Source: Patescibacteria group bacterium
GTDB lineage: Bacteria > Patescibacteriota > Minisyncoccia > Phycocordibacterales > JBBUBG01
Direction of reading: 5' to 3'
Length of the DNA: 23,185 nucleotides
Assembly: GCA_040384765.1 (NCBI GenBank)
Contig: JAZKIQ010000006.1
Span: forward strand, 20,223-43,407
In this document: positions 1-9,080 of the stretch, one piece after another
Layout of the letters: every line of letters starts with the position of its first letter
Position numbering within the stretch: the stretch's first letter is position 1
Program-made: the position numbers and the translations under genes
The notes under the pieces: model-generated
What the model was told of the DNA's origin: nothing
Seen by the model: the letters and a program-made list of their open reading frames with translations, nothing else
The model's database searches: none

Positions 1-442
1 CATCATCTGCCCTCTTGCGGCCACGAAGCCTCTCTTCGCTCCAGGTGCGAGACACATTGAGGTGCACTACGTACGCCTTGCCTCGTCCGTAGAATTGCAT
101 AGCCGTGTCGAGGACGTTGGCCTCGGGAAGTGATCGCGGAGTACCATCGATAACCCAATGCTTGGCCTCATCAGCCTCGGCCGTGAGCTCTTCTACGAGC
201 ACATGTGACCACATCCAGACTGCGAGGAAGTCGGGCTGGCGCTTCGACTCCTCCATATATTTCTTTGCACGGGTAGCCGTTGCGTGGGTCTCGGTAATAA
301 AATCGCGAAACCGCTTCCCTGTCTCCAGATAAAAAATCCCCGCCTGAGGAGTCGTATCACCCAGATATTTCTTCAAAAGCTCCGCCTGCGTCCCCTTCCC
401 GCACCCCGATCGTCCGATAAAGATAAAAGTCTTTGGGTTCAT
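1..442 (-). CDS. adk: Adenylate kinase, 3' end outside the window
   Basis: Not in the ORF track; manual translation from ATG at 442 gives MNPKTFIFIGRSGCGKGTQAELL...YLETGKRFR...WVIDGTPRS...RKRADD, with the NMP-kinase P-loop GxxGxGKGT and DGxPR motifs; usual position downstream of secY. Confidence 0.9.
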   Translation of the reverse strand, partial: MNPKTFIFIGRSGCGKGTQAELLKKYLGDTTPQAGIFYLETGKRFRDFITETHATATRAKKYMEESKRQPDFLAVWMWSHVLVEELTAEADEAKHWVIDGTPRSLPEANVLDTAMQFYGRGKAYVVHLNVSRTWSEERLRGRKRADD

Positions 443-443
443 T

Positions 444-905
444 TTAGATTTCTAGAAGATCTGGATTGGATTCGGGGTCTTTATAATGAAGAGTATTTTG
501 CTTCCAGTTTTCTCTACCATCCTCCCTTAAGGTCTTTCCATACATGAGCCTGAGGATTTCATTAAAAGCACGCTTGAAGCGGATAACATCATCCGTAGTA
601 TTAACGATTTCAATCATGCTATTGAAGCGCTCCTTCTTTCCCGGATTCTTCTCAAAAAATGGAATCCAATAGGCAGCATTACAATTTGAGTTTTCTCGTC
701 TAGTGAGACCGTTGTCGGTTATCGGAGTAAGGTAGCGCTGATCGAGCGTCGGTAAAAGACTACTTCTCTGCCGCACGATCTTTCCGTCTCGCACCCGTGG
801 GCCGTAATCAAGAACATTTGTATAATCGCTCAGCATTCCCCGATCCTCATAGATATCAAATTCCTCTTCTTTCTTTTCTGGCGGAAACGGGAATTTCTTT
901 TCCAT
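444..905 (-). CDS. Hypothetical protein, 153 aa, inserted between secY and adk
   Basis: Open ORF ending 1 bp before the adk ATG; TATAAT 6 nt upstream of its ATG; no recognisable motif. Confidence 0.75.
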   Translation of the reverse strand: MEKKFPFPPEKKEEEFDIYEDRGMLSDYTNVLDYGPRVRDGKIVRQRSSLLPTLDQRYLTPITDNGLTRRENSNCNAAYWIPFFEKNPGKKERFNSMIEIVNTTDDVIRFKRAFNEILRLMYGKTLREDGRENWKQNTLHYKDPESNPDLLEI

Positions 906-941
906 AAAAGCATTATAAACGACTACTCAATAAAAGCACCT

Positions 942-966
942 TAATCCCGGCTCAAGGCCGGGATTA
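942..966. repeat. Short REP-like hairpin / possible terminator
   Basis: TAATCCCGGC-TCAAG-GCCGGGATTA, perfect 10-bp stem; weak U-tract. Confidence 0.65.
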
Positions 967-1005
967 GAAAATGCATGCAAAGCATTCCGCTTCCCCGCCA
1001 GTGAA

Positions 1006-1158
1006 CGAGTGCGATTTTGTACAACATCTGCAGAAAGCTTTAGAAACAAAGAAGTCCTGGCTTTTCAAAATAGCGAGCGGTGCGTCTCGCGTTATTTTGA
1101 AAAGCCAGGACGACTCTTGTTTCTTAGATTTCGAAGCCGTTGTGCAAAATCGCACTCG
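1006..1158 (-). repeat. Long imperfect palindrome, copy A of a 3'-UTR hairpin family
   Basis: Arms CGAGTGCGATTTTGTACAAC/GTTGTGCAAAATCGCACTCG and GTCCTGGCTTTTCAAAATA/TATTTTGAAAAGCCAGGAC; starts 5 nt after the secY stop; shares motifs with 7174-7338. Confidence 0.85.
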
Positions 1159-1163
1159 CGAAC

Positions 1164-2435
1164 CTAGTACTCCTTCATGCTGACCTGCGCGTCGAGCTGC
1201 TTCACCAGCTCAAGGATAACCGACACCACAATGAGAAGCCCTGTACCCCCAATAGCCAAAGTTGCGTTGCCGGTGAGAGACTGAAGGACGAGCGGGAGCA
1301 CTGCAATGATGGAAAGGAAGGTTGCGCCCACGAGCGTCAGACGGGTAAGCACTTTGGCAAGATATTCAGAGGTAGGGCGGCCCGGGCGGATGCCTGGAAT
1401 AAACGCACCGCTCTTCTGAAGATTCTCGGAGATCTTGTCCGGGTCAAACGTAACGGCAGTGTAAAAGTAGGTAAAGGCAAACACGAGGATGAAATATCCC
1501 CCCGCATAGAGCCAGCTGTTCTGCAGAAAATCGCGGAGAAAACCACCGATAGCCTGCGCAACAGAGTGGTTAATCCCAACAAGAAATTGAGAGATGATCT
1601 GAGGAAAAAGGAGGATCGAAAGCGCAAAAATGATCGGAATAACGCCCGACTGATTTACCCGAAGCGGAAGGTAGGTTGAAGCGCCACCATACACCTTCAT
1701 ACCACGCACCTGCTTTGCGTATGTCACCGGCACGGGACGCTCGGCCTCGGTAATAAAGATAACCGCGGCAACCACGAGTACAGCAAGTCCGAGGAAAAGC
1801 AGGTAGAGCGGAAGCTGAGAGGGATCGTAGGTCGCCGACACCTGTGATGCGATCGCCGGAATGCGGCTCACGATACCTGCAAAGATGATGAGAGAGGTAC
1901 CGTTTGAAATACCATACTCGGTGATGAGCTCACCAATCCACATAGCAAGAACTGCACCTGCGGTAATAACAAGCAGGTTGATCAGCTGGTCAGAAAGCGT
2001 GGATGTACCGAGAATATTTTGGGTCCTCAGGAGTGCAAGAAAACCGAAGCCCTGAATGAGGGCAAGCGGTACGGTAAGGATACGGGAATATTGTGAAAAC
2101 TTCTTGCGGCCAAGATCGCCCTCCTCCTGATACATCTCCTTCATCTTTGGAAACACCATCGTAAGGAGCTGCATGATAATGGTCGCCGTAATGTACGGCC
2201 CCACACCAAGCATAAAGAGTGAGAGGCGCGAGATGCCACCACCTGAGAAAAGCGACAGGAGGCCAAGGAAGCTGTTTCCTGCAAGGTACGAAGTGAGTCG
2301 AGCCTGGTCTACCCCCGGAATCGGCACGGCATCTCCAAAGCGGAACAGAATGAGGAGCCCGATTGTAATAAGAATGCGGCGAACAATTACCTTGTCCGCA
2401 AGCAGGAGTTTAATTTTTGTGAGGAATGTGTCCAT
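1164..2435 (-). CDS. secY: Preprotein translocase subunit SecY, 423 aa
   Basis: Multi-TM protein with LGVGPYITATII, GISNGTSLIIFAGI, NLQKSGAFIPGIRPG, GGTGLLIVV; start reset to ATG 2435 (MDTFLTK). Confidence 0.98.
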   Translation of the reverse strand: MDTFLTKIKLLLADKVIVRRILITIGLLILFRFGDAVPIPGVDQARLTSYLAGNSFLGLLSLFSGGGISRLSLFMLGVGPYITATIIMQLLTMVFPKMKEMYQEEGDLGRKKFSQYSRILTVPLALIQGFGFLALLRTQNILGTSTLSDQLINLLVITAGAVLAMWIGELITEYGISNGTSLIIFAGIVSRIPAIASQVSATYDPSQLPLYLLFLGLAVLVVAAVIFITEAERPVPVTYAKQVRGMKVYGGASTYLPLRVNQSGVIPIIFALSILLFPQIISQFLVGINHSVAQAIGGFLRDFLQNSWLYAGGYFILVFAFTYFYTAVTFDPDKISENLQKSGAFIPGIRPGRPTSEYLAKVLTRLTLVGATFLSIIAVLPLVLQSLTGNATLAIGGTGLLIVVSVILELVKQLDAQVSMKEY

Positions 2436-2441
2436 GAGAGC

Positions 2442-2470
2442 AGTGTAGCGGAGGGGTGTGAATCTGTCAT
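2442..2470 (-). promoter_or_regulatory. Putative sigma70 promoter for leaderless secY
   Basis: ATGACA-N17-TACACT, then 6 nt to the ATG; the -35 hexamer lies inside the palindromic element. Confidence 0.55.
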
Positions 2471-2539
2471 TCCCGCGCATGCGGGAATCCAGATCCAAAG
2501 AAGGGTCTGGGTTTCGGACCAAGCCCGAAACGACAGATT
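2461..2539. repeat. Three-hairpin palindromic element (RPE4/dRS3-like REP)
   Basis: Closing stem AATCTGTC/GACAGATT enclosing ATTCCCGC-GCAT-GCGGGAAT, CCAGATCC/GGGTCTGG and GTTTCGG/CCGAAAC; fits ATTCCC-N8-GGGAAT; translates to the RPE-type peptide LDSRMRGND. Confidence 0.8.
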
Positions 2540-2558
2540 AGACCACCTCGCGAACTTT

Positions 2559-3023
2559 TTACTTAGCGACGGTTTTTGCCTTCGCTTCACCAACAGAAGA
2601 GATCGTCATCCCACCCTTGCCAATCTTCTCTTCTGCCGAGTGAGAGATGATCACATTTTCGAAAGAAAGCTTCTTTAAAAGCTCGCCACGGCCAAGGATC
2701 TTGATACCGGTGCCACGCTTGTGGCCAGAAAGAAGTCCTTTTGCATGCAATGTTTTTGGAGATACCTTTTCGCCAGACTGGTAGGCTGCTTCGAGCGTAT
2801 CGAGGTTGAGCACAAAAGGCTTCTGGGCAATCTTTGGCACCTGATAACCGCGAAGCTTTGGAATCTTCTTGATCTGGTCGCGGATCTCAGGGCGCTTCTT
2901 GTGGCCCGAGCGAGCATTCTGACCCTTTACACCGCGGCCCGAATAGGTACCGCGCTTGCCGCCGCGGCCTACCGTCTTTACCTTTTTATTCGCGTGTTCG
3001 CGTTTGATCGTATGAAGTTGCAT
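2559..3023 (-). CDS. rplO: 50S ribosomal protein L15 (uL15)
   Basis: VGRGGKRGTYSGRGVKGQNARSG, IPKLRG and IKILGRGEL motifs; position before secY. Confidence 0.97.
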   Translation of the reverse strand: MQLHTIKREHANKKVKTVGRGGKRGTYSGRGVKGQNARSGHKKRPEIRDQIKKIPKLRGYQVPKIAQKPFVLNLDTLEAAYQSGEKVSPKTLHAKGLLSGHKRGTGIKILGRGELLKKLSFENVIISHSAEEKIGKGGMTISSVGEAKAKTVAK

Positions 3024-3029
3024 GGCAGT

Positions 3030-3590
3030 TTATGAAAGCATCTTGAGAGCCTCGATGGTCGCGCGAGCAATGTTGAGTTTGTTTTTCGAAGACGAGAGGA
3101 TCTTTCCGTTTACATCTTTGATCCCTCCGAGCTCGAGCACGTTGCGGAGCGCAGATCCTGCAATGAGGCCGCGACCACGTGCTGGGCGAAGAAACACCTG
3201 TGCGCTTGAATATTTATACTCAATCGTATGGCGGATACTTCCCTCCTTGGTCGTCTTTACCGTAATCATATGCTTCTTCGCATCACGAAGAGCTTTTTCG
3301 ATTGCCGATGCAGTGTCGCCAGCTTTGCCCGTGCCTACACCTACGCGGCCTTTGCGATCGCCAGCAATAATATGCACAGAGAAGTTGAATCGCTTTCCAC
3401 CTGCAACCACGCGCGTTACACGGCGAAGATCGATGATCTTCTGATCAAACTCTGGCTTTACCCGCTCGCGTGCAGGACCGCGGTCGCGTCCACCCGGACG
3501 TCCGCCGCCTGGTCCACCACGACCACCCCGGCCACCTGGGCGGTTGCCGAATGATTTCTGGTCTCTTGGTTGTGGCTGTGTGTTTTCCAT
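3030..3590 (-). CDS. rpsE: 30S ribosomal protein S5 (uS5) with RGG-rich N-terminal extension
   Basis: RRVTRVVAGGKRFNF, GRVGVGTGKA and LRPARGRGLIAG motifs. Confidence 0.98.
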   Translation of the reverse strand: MENTQPQPRDQKSFGNRPGGRGGRGGPGGGRPGGRDRGPARERVKPEFDQKIIDLRRVTRVVAGGKRFNFSVHIIAGDRKGRVGVGTGKAGDTASAIEKALRDAKKHMITVKTTKEGSIRHTIEYKYSSAQVFLRPARGRGLIAGSALRNVLELGGIKDVNGKILSSSKNKLNIARATIEALKMLS

Positions 3591-3593
3591 AAA

Positions 3594-3941
3594 TTAAAAT
3601 TCGAGGCCCGCTTCACGAGCAGCATCTGCAAGTGCCTTTACGCGTCCGGTATACAGGAATCCTCCGCGATCGAACACAACTTTCTTGATGTTCTTTTCGA
3701 GGGCAATCTTTGCAATCTCTTTTCCAACAAGTGCACTCTTCTCGCTCTTTGTTCCTTTTGTCTTAAGTGAAAGAGCGCTAGCTGAAGCGAGCGTCTTCCC
3801 CGCCTCGTCATCGATAACCTGTGCGTAGACGCCCGTATTCGAGCGGTATATTGCAAGTCGTGGAACAGATGCAGTACCAGCTACCCGCATGCGGATGCGG
3901 CTGTGGCGGCGAATTCGTGCTTGTCTCTTGGAAGGTGTCAT
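3594..3941 (-). CDS. rplR: 50S ribosomal protein L18 (uL18)
   Basis: PRLAIYRSN and [28 protein letters not shown]. Confidence 0.98.
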   Translation of the reverse strand: MTPSKRQARIRRHSRIRMRVAGTASVPRLAIYRSNTGVYAQVIDDEAGKTLASASALSLKTKGTKSEKSALVGKEIAKIALEKNIKKVVFDRGGFLYTGRVKALADAAREAGLEF

Positions 3942-3950
3942 GGCGTTTGA

Positions 3951-4499
3951 TTATGCAACAGACTTCTTGCCCTGCTTGCGACGGACTACCTCTGTGTCGT
4001 AGCGAATACCTTTTCCCTTGTATGGCTCCGGCACCTTGAGGGCACGGACAGAGGCAGCAAACTGGCCTACAAGCTCCTTGTCGGGACCAGTAATGGTCAA
4101 AAGGCCTTTTTCAGAGGTCACCTTAATCGTTGCCGGAATCGGCATTTTTACCTGATGTGAAAACCCAAGCGAAAGTACAAGTGTTGTCCCCACAACGTCC
4201 GCCTTGTAGCCAATACCTTCGATCTGGAGCTTCTTTGAAAATCCTTTCGTAACACCAGCAACCATATTTCCGAGGTGCGAAGCGTAGGTACCCCAAAGCG
4301 CATTGAGAAAGATAGACTCTGCCGTTGGCTTGAGCGTAAGTGTGCTCCCCTCGTGTTTGAGAGCGATATCGTTTGAAAAAGGACGTGAAAGCGTGCCAAG
4401 CGGACCTTTTACCATTACGTTTGTGTGCACCTTAAGAGGCTCGAATTTTATTTCGACGCCGCTTGGGATCTCAATAGGCTGTTTGCCGATTCGTGACAT
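3951..4499 (-). CDS. rplF: 50S ribosomal protein L6 (uL6), 182 aa
   Basis: MSRIGKQPI start at ATG 4499; PEPYKGKGIRY motif. Confidence 0.98.
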   Translation of the reverse strand: MSRIGKQPIEIPSGVEIKFEPLKVHTNVMVKGPLGTLSRPFSNDIALKHEGSTLTLKPTAESIFLNALWGTYASHLGNMVAGVTKGFSKKLQIEGIGYKADVVGTTLVLSLGFSHQVKMPIPATIKVTSEKGLLTITGPDKELVGQFAASVRALKVPEPYKGKGIRYDTEVVRRKQGKKSVA

Positions 4500-4503
4500 A
4501 TAA

Positions 4504-4893
4504 TTACCAGATTTGAAACAAAAGCTCACCGCCAACTTTCTCCTTTCGAGCGTCCCTATCAGAGAGGAGACCCTTTGGTGTGGAGAACACAGCAAGACCA
4601 CGACCTTCGCGCACTGGGCGAATCTCAGATACACCAAAGTAGACGCGCTTGCCTGGCTTTGAGATGCGCTTTACATCAGAGACGCGAGCAACGCCTCCCT
4701 TCATTGCAAGCTCAAGCTCGAGATATTTCTTTACCCGCTTCCCTTTCTGAGAAACAGCTGCGAGGTAGCCCGCCTTGGCGAGAATCTCTGCAATCTCCTG
4801 CTTGATGCGTGAGTGCGGAATAACCAAAGTCGCGCGGCCACGGTGGGCTGCGTTCTTTACCTGAGTGAGCATATCTGCGATGGGGTCGGTCAT
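4504..4893 (-). CDS. rpsH: 30S ribosomal protein S8 (uS8)
   Basis: MTDPIADMLT, RISKPGKRVY, STPKG and GGEL motifs. Confidence 0.98.
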   Translation of the reverse strand: MTDPIADMLTQVKNAAHRGRATLVIPHSRIKQEIAEILAKAGYLAAVSQKGKRVKKYLELELAMKGGVARVSDVKRISKPGKRVYFGVSEIRPVREGRGLAVFSTPKGLLSDRDARKEKVGGELLFQIW

Positions 4894-4909
4894 AGAAGTG
4901 AGGAGGAGG

Positions 4910-5095
4910 CTACCAAGACGATTTTTTTACACCCGGGATCTTTCCTTCGTTTGCAAATTCGCGGAAGCAGATTCGGCACATATCAAATGCGCGCATATAG
5001 CCTCGCTTGCGACCGCAGCGAAAGCAACGGCGCGTAGCACGCGTGCTGAACTTTGGCTTCTTTTCTGAACGTGCAATTACGGATGTTTTGGCCAT
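4910..5095 (-). CDS. rpsN: 30S ribosomal protein S14, zinc-binding type Z, 61 aa
   Basis: CxxC-x12-CxxC (CFRC...CRIC) and C-terminal IPGVKKSSW. Confidence 0.98.
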   Translation of the reverse strand: MAKTSVIARSEKKPKFSTRATRRCFRCGRKRGYMRAFDMCRICFREFANEGKIPGVKKSSW

Positions 5096-5131
5096 ACCTT
5101 AACAAAAATCGTCCTTTTGGACGTGAATTAG

Positions 5132-5160
5132 ATACTAGCAAGACGGAAACCCCTTGTAAA
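5132..5160 (-). promoter_or_regulatory. Putative sigma70 promoter for the rpsN-secY cluster
   Basis: TTTACA-N17-TAGTAT with extended -10 TGn, 36 nt upstream of the rpsN ATG. Confidence 0.7.
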
Positions 5161-5255
5161 GTGGGCCCTTGCTTAGGGGCAGCAAAAGGCCACTTTTTAC
5201 CCTCTTCTTTTGAAGAGGAAAGCGAAAAATGCCTGTACCGCAGAAAAAGGAGCGC

Positions 5256-5313
5256 AAAAAGAGAGGGCCGCCGGATGGTCCAGTTTCCTACTGAAACTGG
5301 CCTCCGGCGGCCC
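5256..5313 (-). terminator. Intrinsic terminator after the 58-aa ORF
   Basis: GGGCCGCCGGA..CCAGTTTC/GAAACTGG..TCCGGCGGCCC stem followed on the minus strand by TCTCTTTTT. Confidence 0.75.
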
Positions 5314-5327
5314 ATGGCGAACGCTAC

Positions 5328-5504
5328 TTAGGCGTTCATGTGATCGTGTCGCGACTCAACGAAGGTCGGCGACCTCATAGCCAACTGCCCCCGGCGCGCC
5401 TCGGCCTGCTTGCGCCGCTGGCGACGGCTGCGGTGATTGTGGCTCTTCTTGCCCTTCTTGCCGCGAGGGCGCAGTGAATGAGGCAGTTCGTCCCAATTTC
5501 GCAT
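5328..5504 (-). CDS. Small basic Arg/Lys/His-rich protein, 58 aa
   Basis: Not in the ORF track: MRNWDELPHSLRPRGKKGKKSHNHRSRRQRRKQAEARRGQLAMRSPTFVESRHDHMNA; GAGGAG 10 nt upstream; own promoter and terminator. Confidence 0.7.
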   Translation of the reverse strand: MRNWDELPHSLRPRGKKGKKSHNHRSRRQRRKQAEARRGQLAMRSPTFVESRHDHMNA

Positions 5505-5595
5505 TCTTCCCGATCTCCTCGAATACTACAGAACTGTTTTTGGAACTCCGCACGGAGTCCCAGACGGCCGTACTACTCCCCCAGGCCGGATGAAA

Positions 5596-5624
5596 AGTAT
5601 AGCAATGGCGGAGCTCGTCATCAA
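5596..5624 (-). promoter_or_regulatory. Putative sigma70 promoter for the 58-aa ORF
   Basis: TTGATG-N17-TATACT with extended -10 TGn. Confidence 0.7.
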
Positions 5625-5669
5625 GAAATTTGGTGGGGAAAAGAAGAGGTCACATGTCGTTTTCTCCTG

Positions 5670-5721
5670 AAAAAGAAAAACCGCCCTCCTCATTCCACGT
5701 GATGGGGATGAAGCTGGCGGT
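5670..5721 (-). terminator. Intrinsic terminator after the 359-aa ORF
   Basis: Interrupted stem closed by ACCGCC/GGCGGT followed on the minus strand by TTTTCTTTTT; a second hairpin lies at about 5727-5755. Confidence 0.65.
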
Positions 5722-5789
5722 CGGTTACTCAGCGGCTACGTGAGCGGCTGAGAGTGTAGTGGAGTTGGGTCGGGCTCGGGCCGGCAGGA

Positions 5790-6869
5790 CTAGTGCGTCT
5801 GCTGGTGCTGGGCGGTCTCGGCGAGCATGGTACCCGCGACGACGGTCGCGAGCGGCCGCAGGTCGATGTCGACCTGCTTGGCCTGGCGGCTGTTGCGGGC
5901 GATGACGACCGCGTCACCGACGCGGCCGATGAGCTCGCTGCCGTTCGCGAGGTGCTTGCCCACGATCGGCGTGACGGAGACCCGCTGGTTCTTGAACGGC
6001 ACCGTGATGAGGTGCAGCTCTCCCTGGCGGCTCTTCGCGATGAAGTAGGTCGCGCCGTTCTTCGACACGATCGCGCGCGAGGTGCGCGGCAGGATCTGGT
6101 ACGGGGTGCTCCCGATCAGGTTCCACGCCATGCCCTTCGTCGCGTTCTCGGGCGTCGTCCCGAGGATCATGTTCTTGGTGAACGCGATCATCATCGGGGT
6201 GTCGTCGGTCTTGACGAGCATCGCGCTCGCCATTGCGCCGTTGCGCAGGAGCACCGGGGCGGGATCGGCGTTGCCGACCTTCACCCACGAGCGGCTCTTG
6301 TGCTTCGGGTTCGCGGCGAGGCGGAGGTCATCGGTGTTCTTCTTCGCGAACGCGTTGACCGCGGTCTTGAAGAAGTCCGAGCTCTCCGGCATGAAGATCC
6401 CAGCGGTCACCACCGTGATCACGCTGAGCTTGCCCTGCTGCACCGTCTGCGCGTAGTTGAAGTACTCGAACCCCGGGCGCTCGAACACCGGCGCCGACGC
6501 CTTGGGGTTGCCCTCGAGAGAGAGCGCACCCTTGGCGTAGGTCACGAGGTGAGCCGACTGGCCATCCTTCGCGATGCCGACGAGCGCGAGCTCGGAGGCA
6601 TTGATGGACTCCAGCGTCTTCCCGAACGCAGCCACGTCGCTGTCGATACCGAACACGAAGACGCGCTCGAGGCCGATGTGCGGGGCCTTGTTCTCCCGGA
6701 TCAGACCCTGCGCCTGCGCGAAGCGCGAGCCCTGATTGCTGCGGCCGTGATTGCGGCCACCGCGGTGATGGCGCCGACCCTGCGGGGCGGTACCGTTCTT
6801 CGCAGCGAGCGCGGCCTTGAGGCGGCGGATCTGGGCGTTCTGGTTCTGACCCTGGTTCTGATTGTTCAC
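5790..6869 (-). CDS. Hypothetical protein, 359 aa, with basic disordered N-terminus
   Basis: GTG start with AAGGAG 5 nt upstream; very strong C/G third-position bias; no family recognised. Confidence 0.85.
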   Translation of the reverse strand: MNNQNQGQNQNAQIRRLKAALAAKNGTAPQGRRHHRGGRNHGRSNQGSRFAQAQGLIRENKAPHIGLERVFVFGIDSDVAAFGKTLESINASELALVGIAKDGQSAHLVTYAKGALSLEGNPKASAPVFERPGFEYFNYAQTVQQGKLSVITVVTAGIFMPESSDFFKTAVNAFAKKNTDDLRLAANPKHKSRSWVKVGNADPAPVLLRNGAMASAMLVKTDDTPMMIAFTKNMILGTTPENATKGMAWNLIGSTPYQILPRTSRAIVSKNGATYFIAKSRQGELHLITVPFKNQRVSVTPIVGKHLANGSELIGRVGDAVVIARNSRQAKQVDIDLRPLATVVAGTMLAETAQHQQTH

Positions 6870-7063
6870 TTAGACTCCTTCGAGTTTCGGTACTTCTTGC
6901 TCGAGCAAGCCAGCCTTGGCTCCTCGAGCTTCGAATCGCATATCCACTACTACTGTGTATCTGCGACCCTGTCAGTGCCGAAACAGTGTTTCGAAGCTGG
7001 CAGGGTCGCAGAACGTTTTGAAAGAACTTTTTTCCAAAAAGGAAACTGCACCAAATGTGCAGG
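6870..7063 (-). promoter_or_regulatory. Structured 5' leader of about 195 nt with boxA-like motif
   Basis: Hairpins CTGCAC/GTGCAG and TCTGCGACCCTG/CAGGGTCGCAGA (6960-7012); AGTTCTTTCAAAA at 7016-7028. Confidence 0.55.
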
Positions 7064-7069
7064 AGGACG

Positions 7070-7098
7070 ATGATAACAAGCTCAGCAATATCTGTCAA
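7070..7098 (-). promoter_or_regulatory. Near-consensus sigma70 promoter for the 359-aa ORF
   Basis: TTGACA-N17-TATCAT with extended -10 TGn. Confidence 0.8.
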
Positions 7099-7113
7099 TA
7101 GTTCTGCTTATTC

Positions 7114-7150
7114 ATAGAAAAAACGCCTCATCATAAGGCGTTTTTTCTAT
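7114..7150. terminator. Intrinsic terminator of groESL (bidirectional shape)
   Basis: ATAGAAAAAACGCCT-N7-AGGCGTTTTTTCTAT. Confidence 0.85.
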
Positions 7151-7173
7151 CTTCAGCCTCTGGCGAGGTGCGT

Positions 7174-7338
7174 GATCCCTGACAAGAACATCTGCAGGAA
7201 ACCTTTAAAAGAAAGGAGTCCTGGCTACCGAAAATAGTGGTCGTACGACACGAAGTGCGTACGGGAACCGCGACCATTTTCGAGGAGTCAGGACGACTAT
7301 TCTTTTTTAGGTTTCCGAAGCCGTTCGGGGCAGGGATC
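7174..7338 (-). repeat. Long imperfect palindrome, copy B of the 3'-UTR hairpin family
   Basis: GATCCCTG/CAGGGATC outer stem; AACATCTGCAGGAAA, AGTCCTGGCT, CAGGACGACT and TTTCCGAAGCCGTT match motifs in 1006-1158; starts 9 nt after the groEL stop. Confidence 0.85.
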
Positions 7339-7347
7339 TCCGCCGAG

Positions 7348-9077
<1,730 letters not shown>

Positions 9078-9080
9078 TTT

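Noticed and set aside
1006-1158. Long hairpins as integron attC sites
   Set aside because: No RYYYAAC/GTTRRRY ends, no integrase, and they follow core genes.
964-1183. Short ORFs across the secY 3' palindrome (also 7131-7478)
   Set aside because: They span the palindromic elements on both strands and lack start signals.
2436-2522. 29-aa N-terminal extension of SecY in the ORF track
   Set aside because: It is translation of the palindromic element; ATG 2435 fits typical SecY length and a -10 box.
2461-2539. Cloverleaf of tRNA-like size
   Set aside because: No T-loop TTCRA, D-loop GG or 7-nt anticodon loop; fits a REP-type repeat.
4500-4637. N-terminal extension of L6 (likewise helicase, SecG, cupin and DUF4383-like extensions)
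   Set aside because: Overlaps upstream genes, promoters or terminators; canonical starts lie downstream.
5793-7073. 426-aa plus-strand ORF (and 256-aa alternate-frame ORF 6328-7098) over the 359-aa gene
   Set aside because: Shadow ORFs expected from strong GC3 bias; promoter, SD and terminator all support the minus-strand 359-aa frame.
5256-7098. Prophage or IS call for the GC-rich locus
   Set aside because: No integrase, transposase, terminal repeats or recognisable phage gene; capsid resemblance rests only on the basic N-terminal arm.
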